64,000 nt of DNA, from positions 4,513 through 68,512 of IMG/VR virus record IMGVR_UViG_2511231035_000001; one strand, 5' to 3'. Origin of the DNA: a virus (Duplodnaviria > Caudoviricetes). The notes beneath the pieces were generated by a model. That model was not told the origin of the DNA. It did not search any database and saw only the letters and a program-made list of their open reading frames with translations. Shown one piece after another: positions 29,757 to 38,960 of the stretch. Made by a program: the position numbers and the translations under genes. Numbering within the stretch: position 1 is the stretch's first letter; every line of letters begins with the position of its first letter.

Positions 29757-30023
29757 TGGTCTGCCTCCGGTTGACGGTAAAAATCATTCCAGGCGCTCTG
29801 CACTACCAAAGGTGCAGCTGGCTGGTAGTTGTTAGCTTCACCAGCAACGCGTAATATCTCCTCATATCGCAAGCCTGCAGCATCCACGCGGCAGCGGAAT
29901 TGCACTGATGGTCTGACTTGAATTAAGCTGTTCATGTCGTTACTTCTCCACGCAAGTTGATTTGACGATGCCGAGCGCTCCGGTCTGCAAACTGGGGCGC
30001 TCAACCTTTCTGCTTTACCCATT

Positions 30024-30554
30024 TCATAATTCCTGAGCCTGTATCTGAATTCCTGCTTCCGCTTTGCGATGAGAAATAAACAAGTCAACGGATTGTTCTG
30101 ACACGCCTACGCCATACAAAGCGAGGAAGCCAAGAAAGCCATGTATCTGGCCGCGCATTTTTTGATGGAATAACCCCGAGAGTTTTTTAAGCTCCTTTGG
30201 GTCAATCACACCATCAGCTGCTGCGTCTTGCTTAGCGATAGCCAATTTGCCGGCAGTGGCTTTGTTTTCCATTTCAATGTCGAACAGATCGACCTTGTCG
30301 ACTTTCTCAACGGTAGATATGTCAACGAGCGTTAGCCCCTTGCGGTTCGCAAAGTATTCCGCCAAGTAGGCTGTACCCGAGATGTCCTCCATTTTTTGCA
30401 ACTCATCTATTGTAAAAAAATGGCTATTGCACTTGCGGTACATGCGGTTATTGAACTGATCCATGGTCATCCCTAGCGCTGATGCCATGCTGGCGCGATT
30501 ACCTGGTAATGCCTTGCACATCTGGTTGATAGCAACATTCATGGTGTCTACCAT
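30024..30554 (-). CDS. YmfL-family / CII-position regulator
   Basis: Follows cro; LGMTMDQFNNRMY...FFTIDEL; DGVIDPKE. Confidence 0.8.
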   Translation of the reverse strand: MVDTMNVAINQMCKALPGNRASMASALGMTMDQFNNRMYRKCNSHFFTIDELQKMEDISGTAYLAEYFANRKGLTLVDISTVEKVDKVDLFDIEMENKATAGKLAIAKQDAAADGVIDPKELKKLSGLFHQKMRGQIHGFLGFLALYGVGVSEQSVDLFISHRKAEAGIQIQAQEL

Positions 30555-30579
30555 TTCGTAATTCCTGCTGTAGTTCTCT

Positions 30580-30801
30580 TTAAGATGCCGGGCGAATAGA
30601 ATCAGCTCCGGGGTAAATATCTGGTCTCAGTTCAGAACGAGTTACCGCACCTGCGGTTTCTTCTTCCAGCTTCTGTGCCAGGGTAAAACCAGCTTTCTTG
30701 TGACCGGTGAAAACAAGTCTCAAATAACCGGCGCTTGAACCAACTCGCTTGGCTAAATGAGACCGCTCTTGTTGCGTAAGTGAATCCCAATAGTGTTTCA
30801 T
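30580..30801 (-). CDS. cro: Cro/YdaS-like repressor
   Basis: 73-aa HTH divergent from cI; VTRSELRPDIY. Confidence 0.88.
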   Translation of the reverse strand: MKHYWDSLTQQERSHLAKRVGSSAGYLRLVFTGHKKAGFTLAQKLEEETAGAVTRSELRPDIYPGADSIRPAS

Positions 30802-30802
30802 G

Positions 30803-30871
30803 ATGTACCTCCTGAGTACATTCTACACATATAAAATGAACCTACAAGGTACTTGTACCTATTTGGTACAT
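30803..30871. promoter_or_regulatory. Three OR operators (30803-21, 30836-54, 30853-71), consensus ATGTACC-N5-GGTACAT
   Basis: Related near-palindromes between cro and cI; same motif at pL. Confidence 0.85.
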
Positions 30872-30887
30872 CCTTTTTAATGGCGTT

Positions 30888-31556
30888 ATGAAAACAATCA
30901 ACGAAATAAGGCGTGAGAACGCTCGAAAGCTGCGGGACGGGGTGGGCGGAAATTCCTACTTCGCTAACCTTATTGATCGCGAGCCAACACAAACCAGTCG
31001 CTTTTTGGGTGACAATGCAACCAAAAACATCGGCCCTGATATGGCACGCCACATTGAGCGCTGCTTTGATCTGCCTGCGGGATGGCTTGATCAGGAGCAT
31101 AAGCCAAGCGAGGTTGCATCTGCCAAAGAGGTAACCGATACTGAACTGAATTATCAAATGGTTCCCGTCATATCCTGGGTTCAAGCAGGTGCATGGACGG
31201 AGATCGGTTATTCAGAGGTTGATATGAGCGTGGCAGAATCTTACCCATGCCCAGTACCTTGCGGCCCAATGACCTATATTCTTCGCGTTGTAGGCGAGTC
31301 TATGGTTGAAGAATACCGCCAGGGGGAAATGATTTTTGTTGATCCAGAAGTGGTGCCAATTCACGGGGATGATGTAATTGCCCTTATGATTGACACTGGA
31401 GAGACAACCTTTAAGCGCCTTGTTGAAGATGGGAACTCAAAGTATTTGAAGGCCATGAATAAAAACTGGCCTGAGCCTTATGTGAAAATTAACGGAAATT
31501 GCACCATCATTGGCACCGTTATTTTCTCAGGTAAGCCTCGCAGATTTTCCCGCTAG
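30888..31556 (+). CDS. cI: CI repressor with S24 autoproteolytic domain
   Basis: HTH; VQAG cleavage site; GESM serine and TFKRL lysine intact. Confidence 0.95.
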   Translation: MKTINEIRRENARKLRDGVGGNSYFANLIDREPTQTSRFLGDNATKNIGPDMARHIERCFDLPAGWLDQEHKPSEVASAKEVTDTELNYQMVPVISWVQAGAWTEIGYSEVDMSVAESYPCPVPCGPMTYILRVVGESMVEEYRQGEMIFVDPEVVPIHGDDVIALMIDTGETTFKRLVEDGNSKYLKAMNKNWPEPYVKINGNCTIIGTVIFSGKPRRFSR

Positions 31557-31571
31557 TACTGACCAATTCCT

Positions 31572-31598
31572 AAAACCTGCTTCGGCGGGTTTTTTTAT
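31572..31598 (+). terminator. cI terminator
   Basis: AAAACCTGC-TTCG-GCGGGTTTTTTT. Confidence 0.85.
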
Positions 31599-31600
31599 GC

Positions 31601-31628
31601 TTGACAATGTACCTGCAAGGTACATAAT
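31601..31628 (+). promoter_or_regulatory. pL promoter with OL operator ATGTACCTGCAAGGTACAT (31607-31625)
   Basis: TTGACA-16 nt-CATAAT with a perfect operator in the spacer. Confidence 0.88.
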
Positions 31629-31659
31629 GAACCCATCAGAAACATTCAGGGAATATGTC

Positions 31660-31815
31660 ATGAAGATGATTAAGCACATGGCCAACACCAGCTTACGGGA
31701 CTTGATCACCTTCCTGTACCTCTTCCCTGATGCCGAACTCATCTGTGATGCAGATACCGGTGTCATGACGTTTGAATGCTGTGAAGTAGAAGTGGAATAC
31801 AAGGCTGTGTTTTGA
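31660..31815 (+). CDS. 51-aa first gene of the pL operon
   Basis: CAGGGA RBS-like element; first ORF after pL. Confidence 0.55.
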   Translation: MKMIKHMANTSLRDLITFLYLFPDAELICDADTGVMTFECCEVEVEYKAVF

Positions 31816-31895
31816 GTGTTTGGGCGATTTCTCCGGGGCTTTCAACCTTTCAGGAGAGGGAAGATAGTGTTCGACCGGTTTAACCGCCACTTTTT

Positions 31896-32362
31896 CACAA
31901 CGTTGAGAGCATTTGACGGGCGCACCGAGCCGCGTCACAGAGGCGTTAAGTGCTCTCAACGTTGTGGGGGATCAGGTAATACGGAACAGTTCGGCGCTAA
32001 GCGCCAATATGGCCAACAAGACCCCATGGAACGGCGGGGAATCGTATAGGCCTGTGAACACAACAAACGGGGGCAGCACCGAAAAAGTCTGCCAGTTCGT
32101 AAGCTGCGTGGTGGCGCAGTTACCCGAACCGCGCTGGCTGGGAGGTCAGCACACAACGGTGAGAGAGCTGAACAACAGGCGAGAACCGGCTAACCCGTAA
32201 TGCCATCCGGTCGGGCAGCTCTCTCAACCATTGTGGTGAATACGGCTATGCGCTCGTGGAGAACTGGCCCAAACGATAACGCGATCGGTTGAGTCTGAAA
32301 GTCTAATACCGCTCTGGCTATTGCCAGTTCGTCCAGAGCACCGGGAGGCACCCGGCACCGCA
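31896..32362 (+). ncRNA. Structured pL leader with long hairpins (probable RNase III-processed RNAs)
   Basis: Stems 31896-914/31948-966 and 32152-170/32216-235, plus the 127-nt element 32232-32358. Confidence 0.6.
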
Positions 32363-32496
32363 ATACCTTTCAACGTGGAGTAACGAGGCTACAGGTTTTG
32401 CAGAACCTGTCAGCCAACTAAACGAATCCCTCAATGATTTATTGCCAGCAATGGCAAGGGATTCGTGCAAACAAAAAACAGCGTGGAGGTCATTTA

Positions 32497-33036
32497 ATGA
32501 CTTGGATTTGCACCAACAGCCAGAAGCACTTCAGCTTCGTTGATCCGGTTCGTGAGGCTATCTGCATCGAAGATATTGCCTGTGCATTGTCGAATATCTG
32601 CCGTTTCACAGGTCACCTCGATCAGTTCTATAGCGTTGCTCAGCACTCAGTGCTTTGCAGCAGGTTGGTTCCGGCTAAGTTCGCCTTCGAGGCACTGATG
32701 CATGACGCAGCTGAAGCTTATATCAACGATATCGCGGCTCCACTCAAGGCGATGTTGCCCGACTACAAAGCGATTGAACACCGGGTTGAGATGGCTGTTC
32801 GCCACAACTTCAACATTCCGGTCCGCATGTCTGAATGCGTAAAGCACGCTGACATGGTGATGCTGGCTACCGAGCGCCGCGACTTCGATCTGGACGATGG
32901 CACCGTGTGGCCATGCCTGGAGGGTATTACCCCAGCTGATTTCGCCATCTTCCCACTGACGCCTAAGCAAGCGCGTGCGGAATTCCTCAACCGTTTTGAT
33001 GAGCTGTGGAGAGAGCACAATGAAACATCCGCATGA
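32497..33036 (+). CDS. YfdR-like HD-domain 5'-deoxynucleotidase
   Basis: ICRFTGH..FYSVAQHS..ALMHDAAEAY..D; GGAGG RBS before 32497. Confidence 0.92.
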   Translation: MTWICTNSQKHFSFVDPVREAICIEDIACALSNICRFTGHLDQFYSVAQHSVLCSRLVPAKFAFEALMHDAAEAYINDIAAPLKAMLPDYKAIEHRVEMAVRHNFNIPVRMSECVKHADMVMLATERRDFDLDDGTVWPCLEGITPADFAIFPLTPKQARAEFLNRFDELWREHNETSA

Positions 33037-33181
33037 TCACATCGTAGTGGGCATCGTCACCCTGCCCTACAGCATCATTTTAGCCGGCTGGATTATGCCT
33101 GACGGCTCAGTGATCAGTAACCCAATCGCAGCGCAGGCAGCTGCCGAGCGCCTTAACAGCGCAAGTCGTACCGTTCACTGA
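33020..33181 (+). CDS. DUF1317-like small protein
   Basis: MKHPHDHIVVGIVTLPYS...GWIMPDG..NPIAAQ. Confidence 0.7.
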   Translation: MKHPHDHIVVGIVTLPYSIILAGWIMPDGSVISNPIAAQAAAERLNSASRTVH

Positions 33182-33192
33182 GGGCCACCAGC

Positions 33193-33627
33193 ATGACTAA
33201 CAAAGAACTCGTGGCAGCTGGTCACGCTTTAGCTAAAGCTCAGGGCGCAGATGCGCCACTTACAGAGATAGCGAAACTGGTTTCTGACCTTGCGATTCGC
33301 CTTGATGTAATGACTGTGTGTTCTGACGTCTTGGCTGCAGAGAATGTGGCGCTGAAAAATTACATCGATGGCGAATGCTATATCGAGAGCAAGCGAATTG
33401 GCGTCTACACCTGCGCCGGCATCAACAAACCTGAAACCCCAGCCACTGACGCCATCCTCAACGCGGTGCGGGCTGAGGGTGTCGAGATGTTCGCGGAGCA
33501 GCGTGCTGAGCTCAGCGCGAAATATTCTCGAAACCTTGATTCCATGCAGGCAATTCAAAACGATTGGGCCGCCTGTCATGCGCGGTTGTTCGCTGAACAA
33601 CTCCGCGCCGGTAAGGATGGTGAGTGA
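33193..33627 (+). CDS. Ead/Ea22-like protein
   Basis: ELVAAGHALAK...LAAENVALK...ETPATDAILNAVRAEGVEMF. Confidence 0.7.
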   Translation: MTNKELVAAGHALAKAQGADAPLTEIAKLVSDLAIRLDVMTVCSDVLAAENVALKNYIDGECYIESKRIGVYTCAGINKPETPATDAILNAVRAEGVEMFAEQRAELSAKYSRNLDSMQAIQNDWAACHARLFAEQLRAGKDGE

Positions 33628-33842
33628 TGGCTAACGACCTGACAACCTCTGATCGTGAAGCTCTTTTAGCCATGCCTGACAATGATTGGTTCACGTTCAT
33701 GGATCGCTGGAGCAGCCGAGTTGATCGCGCTCAATATCGGCTTGACCGGCTGGAAAAAACCGGTCACCTCGAACGTCGAGTAAGTGGTGAGTATCCGAAT
33801 TTGGTCAGTCATTACCGTAAAACTTCAGGCGGTGCAGCATGA
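33624..33842 (+). CDS. Small hypothetical (wHTH-like)
   Basis: Coupled to both neighbours. Confidence 0.55.
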   Translation: MMANDLTTSDREALLAMPDNDWFTFMDRWSSRVDRAQYRLDRLEKTGHLERRVSGEYPNLVSHYRKTSGGAA

Positions 33843-34501
33843 AAGAGCGTCCAATCATCTTTAACGCCGAAATGGTTCGTGCAGTTCTGGAAGGCAGAAA
33901 GACGCAGACGCGCCGGATCATCGTACCAAGCATGCGAACCGCTGACTCGCAATTTGAGTTGCACCAGCAGCCTGATGGTTCGTGGCGACCAATGCACACT
34001 TTCAATGAAGGCTCATTTGACAGCAAAGGCTGTGAGCGACCAATTAATTGCCCGTTCGGTGCAGTAGGTGATCGCCTGTGGGTGCGTGAGACGTGGCAGG
34101 CAATCCATGATTCATCTGATGAGCATGGCAATGTCGATGAGCGCACCTGGATGCCGTCCATCATCAAGGAGTCAGACAGCTACTGGCACCCCATATATGC
34201 AGCATCATGGGGTAATGAGGATCGGGAAACTCGCGATTTCCCCTGGCGGCCTTCCCTTCATATGCCGCGCTGGGCTTCCCGCATAACGCTGGAGATTACC
34301 GGCGTTCGTGTGGAGCGGTTGCACTCCATTACCCTAGGCGATATTTGCAAAGAGTTTGGCTGTGGCCTTTATGACTTCCGACCTGCCACATATGGATTTC
34401 AGGTATGGGAAGAACTTTGGCAATCAATCTACGGAGAAGAAAGCTGGCAGGCTAATCCGTGGGTGTGGGTCATTGAGTTTAAGCGCGTGGAGGGTGAGTG
34501 A
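33839..34501 (+). CDS. ASCH-like phage protein
   Basis: MKERPIIFNAEMVRAVLEGRKTQTRR...WRPSLHMPRWASRITLEIT...NPWVWVIEF. Confidence 0.8.
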   Translation: MKERPIIFNAEMVRAVLEGRKTQTRRIIVPSMRTADSQFELHQQPDGSWRPMHTFNEGSFDSKGCERPINCPFGAVGDRLWVRETWQAIHDSSDEHGNVDERTWMPSIIKESDSYWHPIYAASWGNEDRETRDFPWRPSLHMPRWASRITLEITGVRVERLHSITLGDICKEFGCGLYDFRPATYGFQVWEELWQSIYGEESWQANPWVWVIEFKRVEGE

Positions 34502-34776
34502 TGGAAAAGTTATGGCTATGGTTCGGGCTTAGTCGAGCTGCGTTTTTGGTTTTGCCGAGAGTCGGGATGCATGCAATGCCTAATGAATGGCAGGAAAAAA
34601 TGGCTGCACTTCTAACCGAATACACGAATGCAATAGACACAGGGGCGTTTGGTGTTGAGTCGTGCGTGGTTCGTGCAACCGACAGAAACGGGAAATTAGC
34701 GCCAATGCCGGAGGAACTTCTCAATTATCGTCACCCCAGTGCGGACACTATTGCGGAGTTAAAAAATCATGACTAA
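34498..34776 (+). CDS. Hypothetical protein
   Basis: Coupled; LWLWFGLSRAAFLVLPRVGMHAMP...NYRH. Confidence 0.6.
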   Translation: MMEKLWLWFGLSRAAFLVLPRVGMHAMPNEWQEKMAALLTEYTNAIDTGAFGVESCVVRATDRNGKLAPMPEELLNYRHPSADTIAELKNHD

Positions 34777-35242
34777 CAACCAGCAACTTGCAGCACATTG
34801 CCGCGACGTTATCGCCAATCCGCAAGACCATCTGGATTGGGTGGTGGATATGGCTAGGGTGGCTCTTGCCGCACTCACCCAACCTGCAAGCCCGGTTTTG
34901 AAGTTGCCTGACTCAATCACTGAACTTCCATGTGATGTGCGTCTGCCTAACGTTACCTACCGCAAGGGCATACATACAAGAATGCTTTTGGAGGGGTTGC
35001 AGCGCCGCGCGGAGTATCCAAGAGAAGATGACGAACCACACACAGCACAGATAGAGCCTTTATGTGCCACAGGTGGTGCAGAGTGGGTGAAAGAGGCTGA
35101 GCATTTGGCGGAAATTTATGGCACCAGCTTCGTGATGTTCCGCCATGGTGAGAAGCCACAGTGCGCCGATCCGACAAAGGTGATCATTACTTTCACCGAT
35201 AAAGGGCTGGGCTATGAACCAGCACCGCCGGAGGAAAAATGA
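34769..35242 (+). CDS. Hypothetical mosaic early protein
   Basis: Coupled within the operon. Confidence 0.55.
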   Translation: MTNNQQLAAHCRDVIANPQDHLDWVVDMARVALAALTQPASPVLKLPDSITELPCDVRLPNVTYRKGIHTRMLLEGLQRRAEYPREDDEPHTAQIEPLCATGGAEWVKEAEHLAEIYGTSFVMFRHGEKPQCADPTKVIITFTDKGLGYEPAPPEEK

Positions 35243-35499
35243 TTAAGGTGTTGAAGGTTTGCTACGGTTGCGGTGGACCGGTTCTCTACGCAGGGTTCGG
35301 TTCGATACCCAAAATACCCATGTGCGCAATATGCCGCAGTTCAAGTATGAAGCCACGCTATGTTTATCTGAACGGCTTTGACTGTGCATTACCGAAATAT
35401 GACATCAACTCACCAATGATTTTGGATAGATTAAGGCGTGGCATACCTGTTGTGCTTCCAGTCGATTTGATTATCAAATTTGGGGGAGCAGATGCCTAA
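35239..35499 (+). CDS. Hypothetical Cys-containing protein
   Basis: Coupled; CYGC...CAIC. Confidence 0.5.
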   Translation: MIKVLKVCYGCGGPVLYAGFGSIPKIPMCAICRSSSMKPRYVYLNGFDCALPKYDINSPMILDRLRRGIPVVLPVDLIIKFGGADA

Positions 35500-35830
35500 G
35501 TCACCCGCAGAACGCAAAAAGGACCAGCGCGAACGTCAGGCCGCTGCCGGTGAGCAGAAACTGGAGCTGGTTCTGGATAGTCAGGAGCTGGCAATGCTCG
35601 ATTATGATTGCACCGCGCGCCGCCCGGGCCGTGAGCCATACAGCCGCGAAGAGCTGGTGTCGCTGATGATCCGCAAATATCACGCCGAGCTGCTGGCAAA
35701 ACAGGAAGAACTGAGCCAGCGCCAGTGCGGCAAGTGTGGCGATCAGCTGCCGGTGCAGGATTGCCCATGCAAAGGCGAGGTAGCATGCTGGGCTAATCGT
35801 GGATGGCATGAAACCAAATTAACGCTGTGA
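35492..35830 (+). CDS. Conserved prophage protein (basic helix, RHH-like segment, C-terminal Cys cluster)
   Basis: MPKSPAERKKDQRERQ..KLELVLD..CGKC..CPCKGEVAC; its stop lies inside the GTGACATGTCAC palindrome. Confidence 0.75.
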   Translation: MPKSPAERKKDQRERQAAAGEQKLELVLDSQELAMLDYDCTARRPGREPYSREELVSLMIRKYHAELLAKQEELSQRQCGKCGDQLPVQDCPCKGEVACWANRGWHETKLTL

Positions 35831-35853
35831 CATGTCACGATAATAAACAGCCC

Positions 35854-35876
35854 TGTTATACTGTTCGCATAAACAG
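35854..35876 (+). promoter_or_regulatory. Extended -10 promoter (TGtTATACT) overlapped by LexA box CTGTTCGCATAAACAG (35861-35876)
   Basis: CTG-N10-CAG with CTGT/ACAG ends overlapping the -10. Confidence 0.6.
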
Positions 35877-35894
35877 TGTTTCGGGGCTTTTTTT

Positions 35895-36155
35895 ATGCGC
35901 ACATTCTCAACTGCAGGTTACAAGTTCTACATGCTGGATCGGGGTGAGCGAGCGCCAGATCCATACAGCAGTCGTGATGTTGCCGGAGCTTACCTCATCT
36001 GGCCGCGCAAAAACGGCAAGTGGGACACGCGGATATTCCACCGTGGGCAGTGGACCGAGTTTACCGATCGCCAGTTCGATACGGAGAACGAGGCGTTCAA
36101 CTTCGCTTACGACCACTACGGCGCCACACAGAACAGATTTACTCCGCGAGATTAA
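35895..36155 (+). CDS. 86-aa hypothetical, possibly SOS-induced
   Basis: Directly after the LexA box/promoter. Confidence 0.65.
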   Translation: MRTFSTAGYKFYMLDRGERAPDPYSSRDVAGAYLIWPRKNGKWDTRIFHRGQWTEFTDRQFDTENEAFNFAYDHYGATQNRFTPRD

Positions 36156-36193
36156 TGCCGCCGCCTTTTGGCGGCTTTATTTTGCGTGTTATG

Positions 36194-36210
36194 ATTACCA
36201 AAACGGTAAC
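36194..36210. promoter_or_regulatory. Podovirus-type operator ATTACCAAAACGGTAAC upstream of terS
   Basis: ATTACC-N5-GGTAAY; second copy at 39202-39218. Confidence 0.6.
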
Positions 36211-36250
36211 TATTCCCCGGTGCCGTGGTAATTATTCAGGAGTGCTGAAC

Positions 36251-36808
36251 GTGCCGAGACCCCAGCCCAAGACAAAGCTCACAGAGCAGATGGTTCGCTA
36301 CTGCGAGGAGTACGTCAAAAACCCCGATGACCAGACCGCGTGCGCCATTGCTGCAGGCTATAGCGAATCTACTGCTGCGCAGTCAGCAAGCCGACTGATG
36401 GCCGATCAGCGCATCCTCGATCGCATTGCCGATATGCGCCAGGCACGCAACCGCCGCACCAAGATTGACGCCGATACCGTGCTGCTGAAGCTGTCCGAGA
36501 TGATCGAGGCTGACGTAGGAGACATTCTCGACGAGAACGGCGCTATCAAGCCCATCAAGCAATGGCCGGAAGTCTGGCGCAAGTCCGTGTCCGCCTTCGA
36601 CGTGCTGGAGATTGATGACGGCACCGAGGTGCGCACCACGCTGAAAAAAGTGAAGCTGCTGGACAAGGTGAAGATTCTGGAGCTGATTGGCCGGCACGTA
36701 GACGTTTCCGCGTTCCGCGACAAAGTGGAAGTGGATGTGAACTTCAGCCTGGCCGATCGCCTGGCAGCGGCACGCAAGCGCGCGGCGCAGGATGACGCCA
36801 ATGAGTAA
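36251..36808 (+). CDS. terS: Terminase small subunit (podovirus)
   Basis: AGGAG RBS then GTG at 36251; AIAAGYSESTAAQSASRL HTH; KVKLLDKVKILELIGRH. Confidence 0.9.
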   Translation: MPRPQPKTKLTEQMVRYCEEYVKNPDDQTACAIAAGYSESTAAQSASRLMADQRILDRIADMRQARNRRTKIDADTVLLKLSEMIEADVGDILDENGAIKPIKQWPEVWRKSVSAFDVLEIDDGTEVRTTLKKVKLLDKVKILELIGRHVDVSAFRDKVEVDVNFSLADRLAAARKRAAQDDANE

Positions 36809-38276
36809 TGCCGCTGTCGATCTGGAGATGCAGCTGGTGGATGACATCGCGCGGTTCACTCACGACCCGTACGGTTACGCGCAGTATGCATTTCCATGGG
36901 GTGAAGAGGGTACCGATCTGGCCTTCGCCAAAGGTCCGCGGCAGTGGCAGGCAGAAGCGTTTAAAGAGATTGGTGAGCACCTGCAAAACCCTGAGACACG
37001 ACACCAACCGCTGATGATGGCGCGCGCATCCGGTCACGGGATCGGCAAGTCCGCGTTTATCTCGATGCTGATTAACTGGGGGATGGCGACCTGCGAAGAC
37101 TGCAAGGTTGTCGTGACTGCCAACACCGAGAACCAGCTGCGTACCAAAACGTGGCCAGAGATTACCAAGTGGTCACGCCTGGCGATTCACAGCCACTGGT
37201 TCAACCCGACCGCCACAGCGATGTACAGCACCGACAGCGGCAGGGATAAGAGCTGGCGCGCCGATGCTATTCCGTGGTCTGAGAACAACACAGAGGCATT
37301 CGCAGGGCTGCACAACGAGCGCAAGCGCATCATCCTGGTATTCGACGAAGCATCAAACATCGCCGATTTGGTGTGGGAAGTTGCCGAGGGTGCGCTGACG
37401 GATGAGAACACAGAAATAATCTGGATTGCGTTCGGTAACCCGACGCGCAACACCGGCCGGTTCCGCGAGTGTTTCCGCAAGCTGCGCCACCGCTGGAAGA
37501 CAAAGCAGATCGACAGCCGCACCGTAGAGGGCACGAACAAAGAGCAGCTGCAGAAGTGGGTGGACGATTACGGCGAGGATAGCGACTTCGTTAAAGTTCG
37601 CGTGCGCGGTCAGTTCCCGTCTGCATCTGAAACGCAGTTTATCCCGTCCGGCCTGACCGATGCCGCCGTGGGGCGCGTTATTACAGAGGCGCAGGTAGCG
37701 CACGCGGCCACAGTTATCGGCGTTGACCCATCCCATCAGGGCAAAGACCCAGCTGTTATCTATCTGCGGCAGGGGCTGCACTGCAAGAAGCTGGGAGAGT
37801 ACCCACGCACCACCGATGATGTGTGGTTTGCCAAAACCGTTGCTGACTTCGAAGACCAGTACAAAGCTGATGCGGTGTTCATCGATTACGGCTATGGCAC
37901 GGGCCTGAAGTCAGTGGGTGATAACTGGGGCCGCAACTGGCAGCTGATTCAGTTCGGCGGCGGATCGACAGATCCAGAGATGGCGAACAAGCGCGGCGAG
38001 ATGTACAACTCAGCTAAGAAGGCGCTGAAAGAGGGCGCGCAGCTGGACAGCCAGGAACTGGCGGACGAGCTGTCAGCGCCGGAGTACAAAGTCAGGTTGA
38101 AGGACAGCCGCAAGGTGCTGCAGGACAAGGAAGAAGTCAAAGAGACGCTGGGCCGCTCACCAAACAACGCCGATGCCTATGTTCTGACGTATGCCTTCCC
38201 GGTGGTGAAAAAGCAGTTTGGCACGCCGGGGCAGGAGCAGGGACGCAGCGATTGTGATTACAACCCGTATGACTGA
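36792..38276 (+). CDS. terL: Terminase large subunit (epsilon15-like)
   Basis: SGHGIGKS Walker A, FDEAS Walker B, IGVDP RNase H-like motif, RSPNNADA. Confidence 0.95.
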   Translation: MTPMSNAAVDLEMQLVDDIARFTHDPYGYAQYAFPWGEEGTDLAFAKGPRQWQAEAFKEIGEHLQNPETRHQPLMMARASGHGIGKSAFISMLINWGMATCEDCKVVVTANTENQLRTKTWPEITKWSRLAIHSHWFNPTATAMYSTDSGRDKSWRADAIPWSENNTEAFAGLHNERKRIILVFDEASNIADLVWEVAEGALTDENTEIIWIAFGNPTRNTGRFRECFRKLRHRWKTKQIDSRTVEGTNKEQLQKWVDDYGEDSDFVKVRVRGQFPSASETQFIPSGLTDAAVGRVITEAQVAHAATVIGVDPSHQGKDPAVIYLRQGLHCKKLGEYPRTTDDVWFAKTVADFEDQYKADAVFIDYGYGTGLKSVGDNWGRNWQLIQFGGGSTDPEMANKRGEMYNSAKKALKEGAQLDSQELADELSAPEYKVRLKDSRKVLQDKEEVKETLGRSPNNADAYVLTYAFPVVKKQFGTPGQEQGRSDCDYNPYD

Positions 38277-38280
38277 TAAC

Positions 38281-38305
38281 AAAAAGCCCGCCGATGTGCG
38301 GGCTT
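38281..38305. terminator. Probable bidirectional terminator after terL
   Basis: AAAAAGCCCGC-loop-GCGGGCTT. Confidence 0.75.
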
Positions 38306-38324
38306 AGTGTGACATGTCACGGCG

Positions 38325-38696
38325 TTATTCTTCGCTCAAGCGTTGTTTCAGCAGATAACCTTCCAGCATCCAAATCTTATTCACCGCATTTTCACGGGCA
38401 ATCTTGCGCCCGATCTCAGCGTCGAAGTTCTCCGGGCTGGCGCAGGCGCTTTCGCCGGTTACCGTAAAGCCGTTTTTCAGAACCAAAACGCAGAAGGTAA
38501 GCAGGTGCAATGCTTCAGGCCATTCCGGAATTTTCACAGATGGTTCCCGCTGCTCTTCAATGAATGCGAAATTGGCGCCATCATTTGCAGTGAAGTAATG
38601 CTCGCTGGTAATGACGCTCTGGATGTGGTCAGGCGTAACGCGCGGTGCCGTTTTGCCTTTGGCTTGAATCTCCTGCTCGATATCTTTGTCAGACAT
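38325..38696 (-). CDS. N4 Gp49 / Sf6 gp66-family protein
   Basis: APRVTPDHI..LTFCVLVLKNGFTVTGESACASPENFDAEIG; GGAGG RBS. Confidence 0.85.
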   Translation of the reverse strand: MSDKDIEQEIQAKGKTAPRVTPDHIQSVITSEHYFTANDGANFAFIEEQREPSVKIPEWPEALHLLTFCVLVLKNGFTVTGESACASPENFDAEIGRKIARENAVNKIWMLEGYLLKQRLSEE

Positions 38697-38815
38697 AAAA
38701 CCTCCAGATAAAAAAATGCCCGCAGGGCGCGGGCAACACAGATTCCAGACCTCTATCAGGATTGCACCTCTTTGGGTACAGAGAGAAACCATCGTAATGG
38801 CGTCCGTCTGTAGCT

Positions 38816-38875
38816 AAAAAGGGGCGGCTCAGCAAACTGGCGAGTAAAATCTGAGCCGCCTAATAACACAGCAAC
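38816..38875 (-). ncRNA. DicF-like small RNA / terminator hairpin
   Basis: GGCGGCTCAGATTTTACTCGCCAGTTTGCTGAGCCGCCCCTTTTT resembles the DicF 3' hairpin as recalled. Confidence 0.55.
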
Positions 38876-38960
38876 GGTCCTACAGGTACATCGGTGATGA
38901 CACTCATCGTCTCTAAAGCGTCCGAAAACACCCGACGAATGCCATCAACGATGTGAAGTA

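Larger units (their letters stand above)
1..35830. mobile_element. Lambdoid siphovirus prophage part (HK97-type head, lambda-type tail, Q, lysis, replication, cI/cro, pL arm); truncated by window start
   Basis: Canonical lambdoid gene order from J to the pL operon; ORFs look uninterrupted. Confidence 0.95.

Noticed and set aside
32270-32315. tRNA-like anticodon loop (CTGAAAG / CTCAAAG) in the 127-nt element
   Set aside because: No proper anticodon stem, D arm or T arm; no tRNA gene recognised anywhere in the window
36020-36250. N-terminal extension of terS in the ORF track
   Set aside because: An AGGAG RBS points to GTG 36251; the extension overlaps another gene and an operator
38873-38891. 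Possible cI operator AACGGTCCTACAGGTACAT
   Set aside because: Only the right half-site matches
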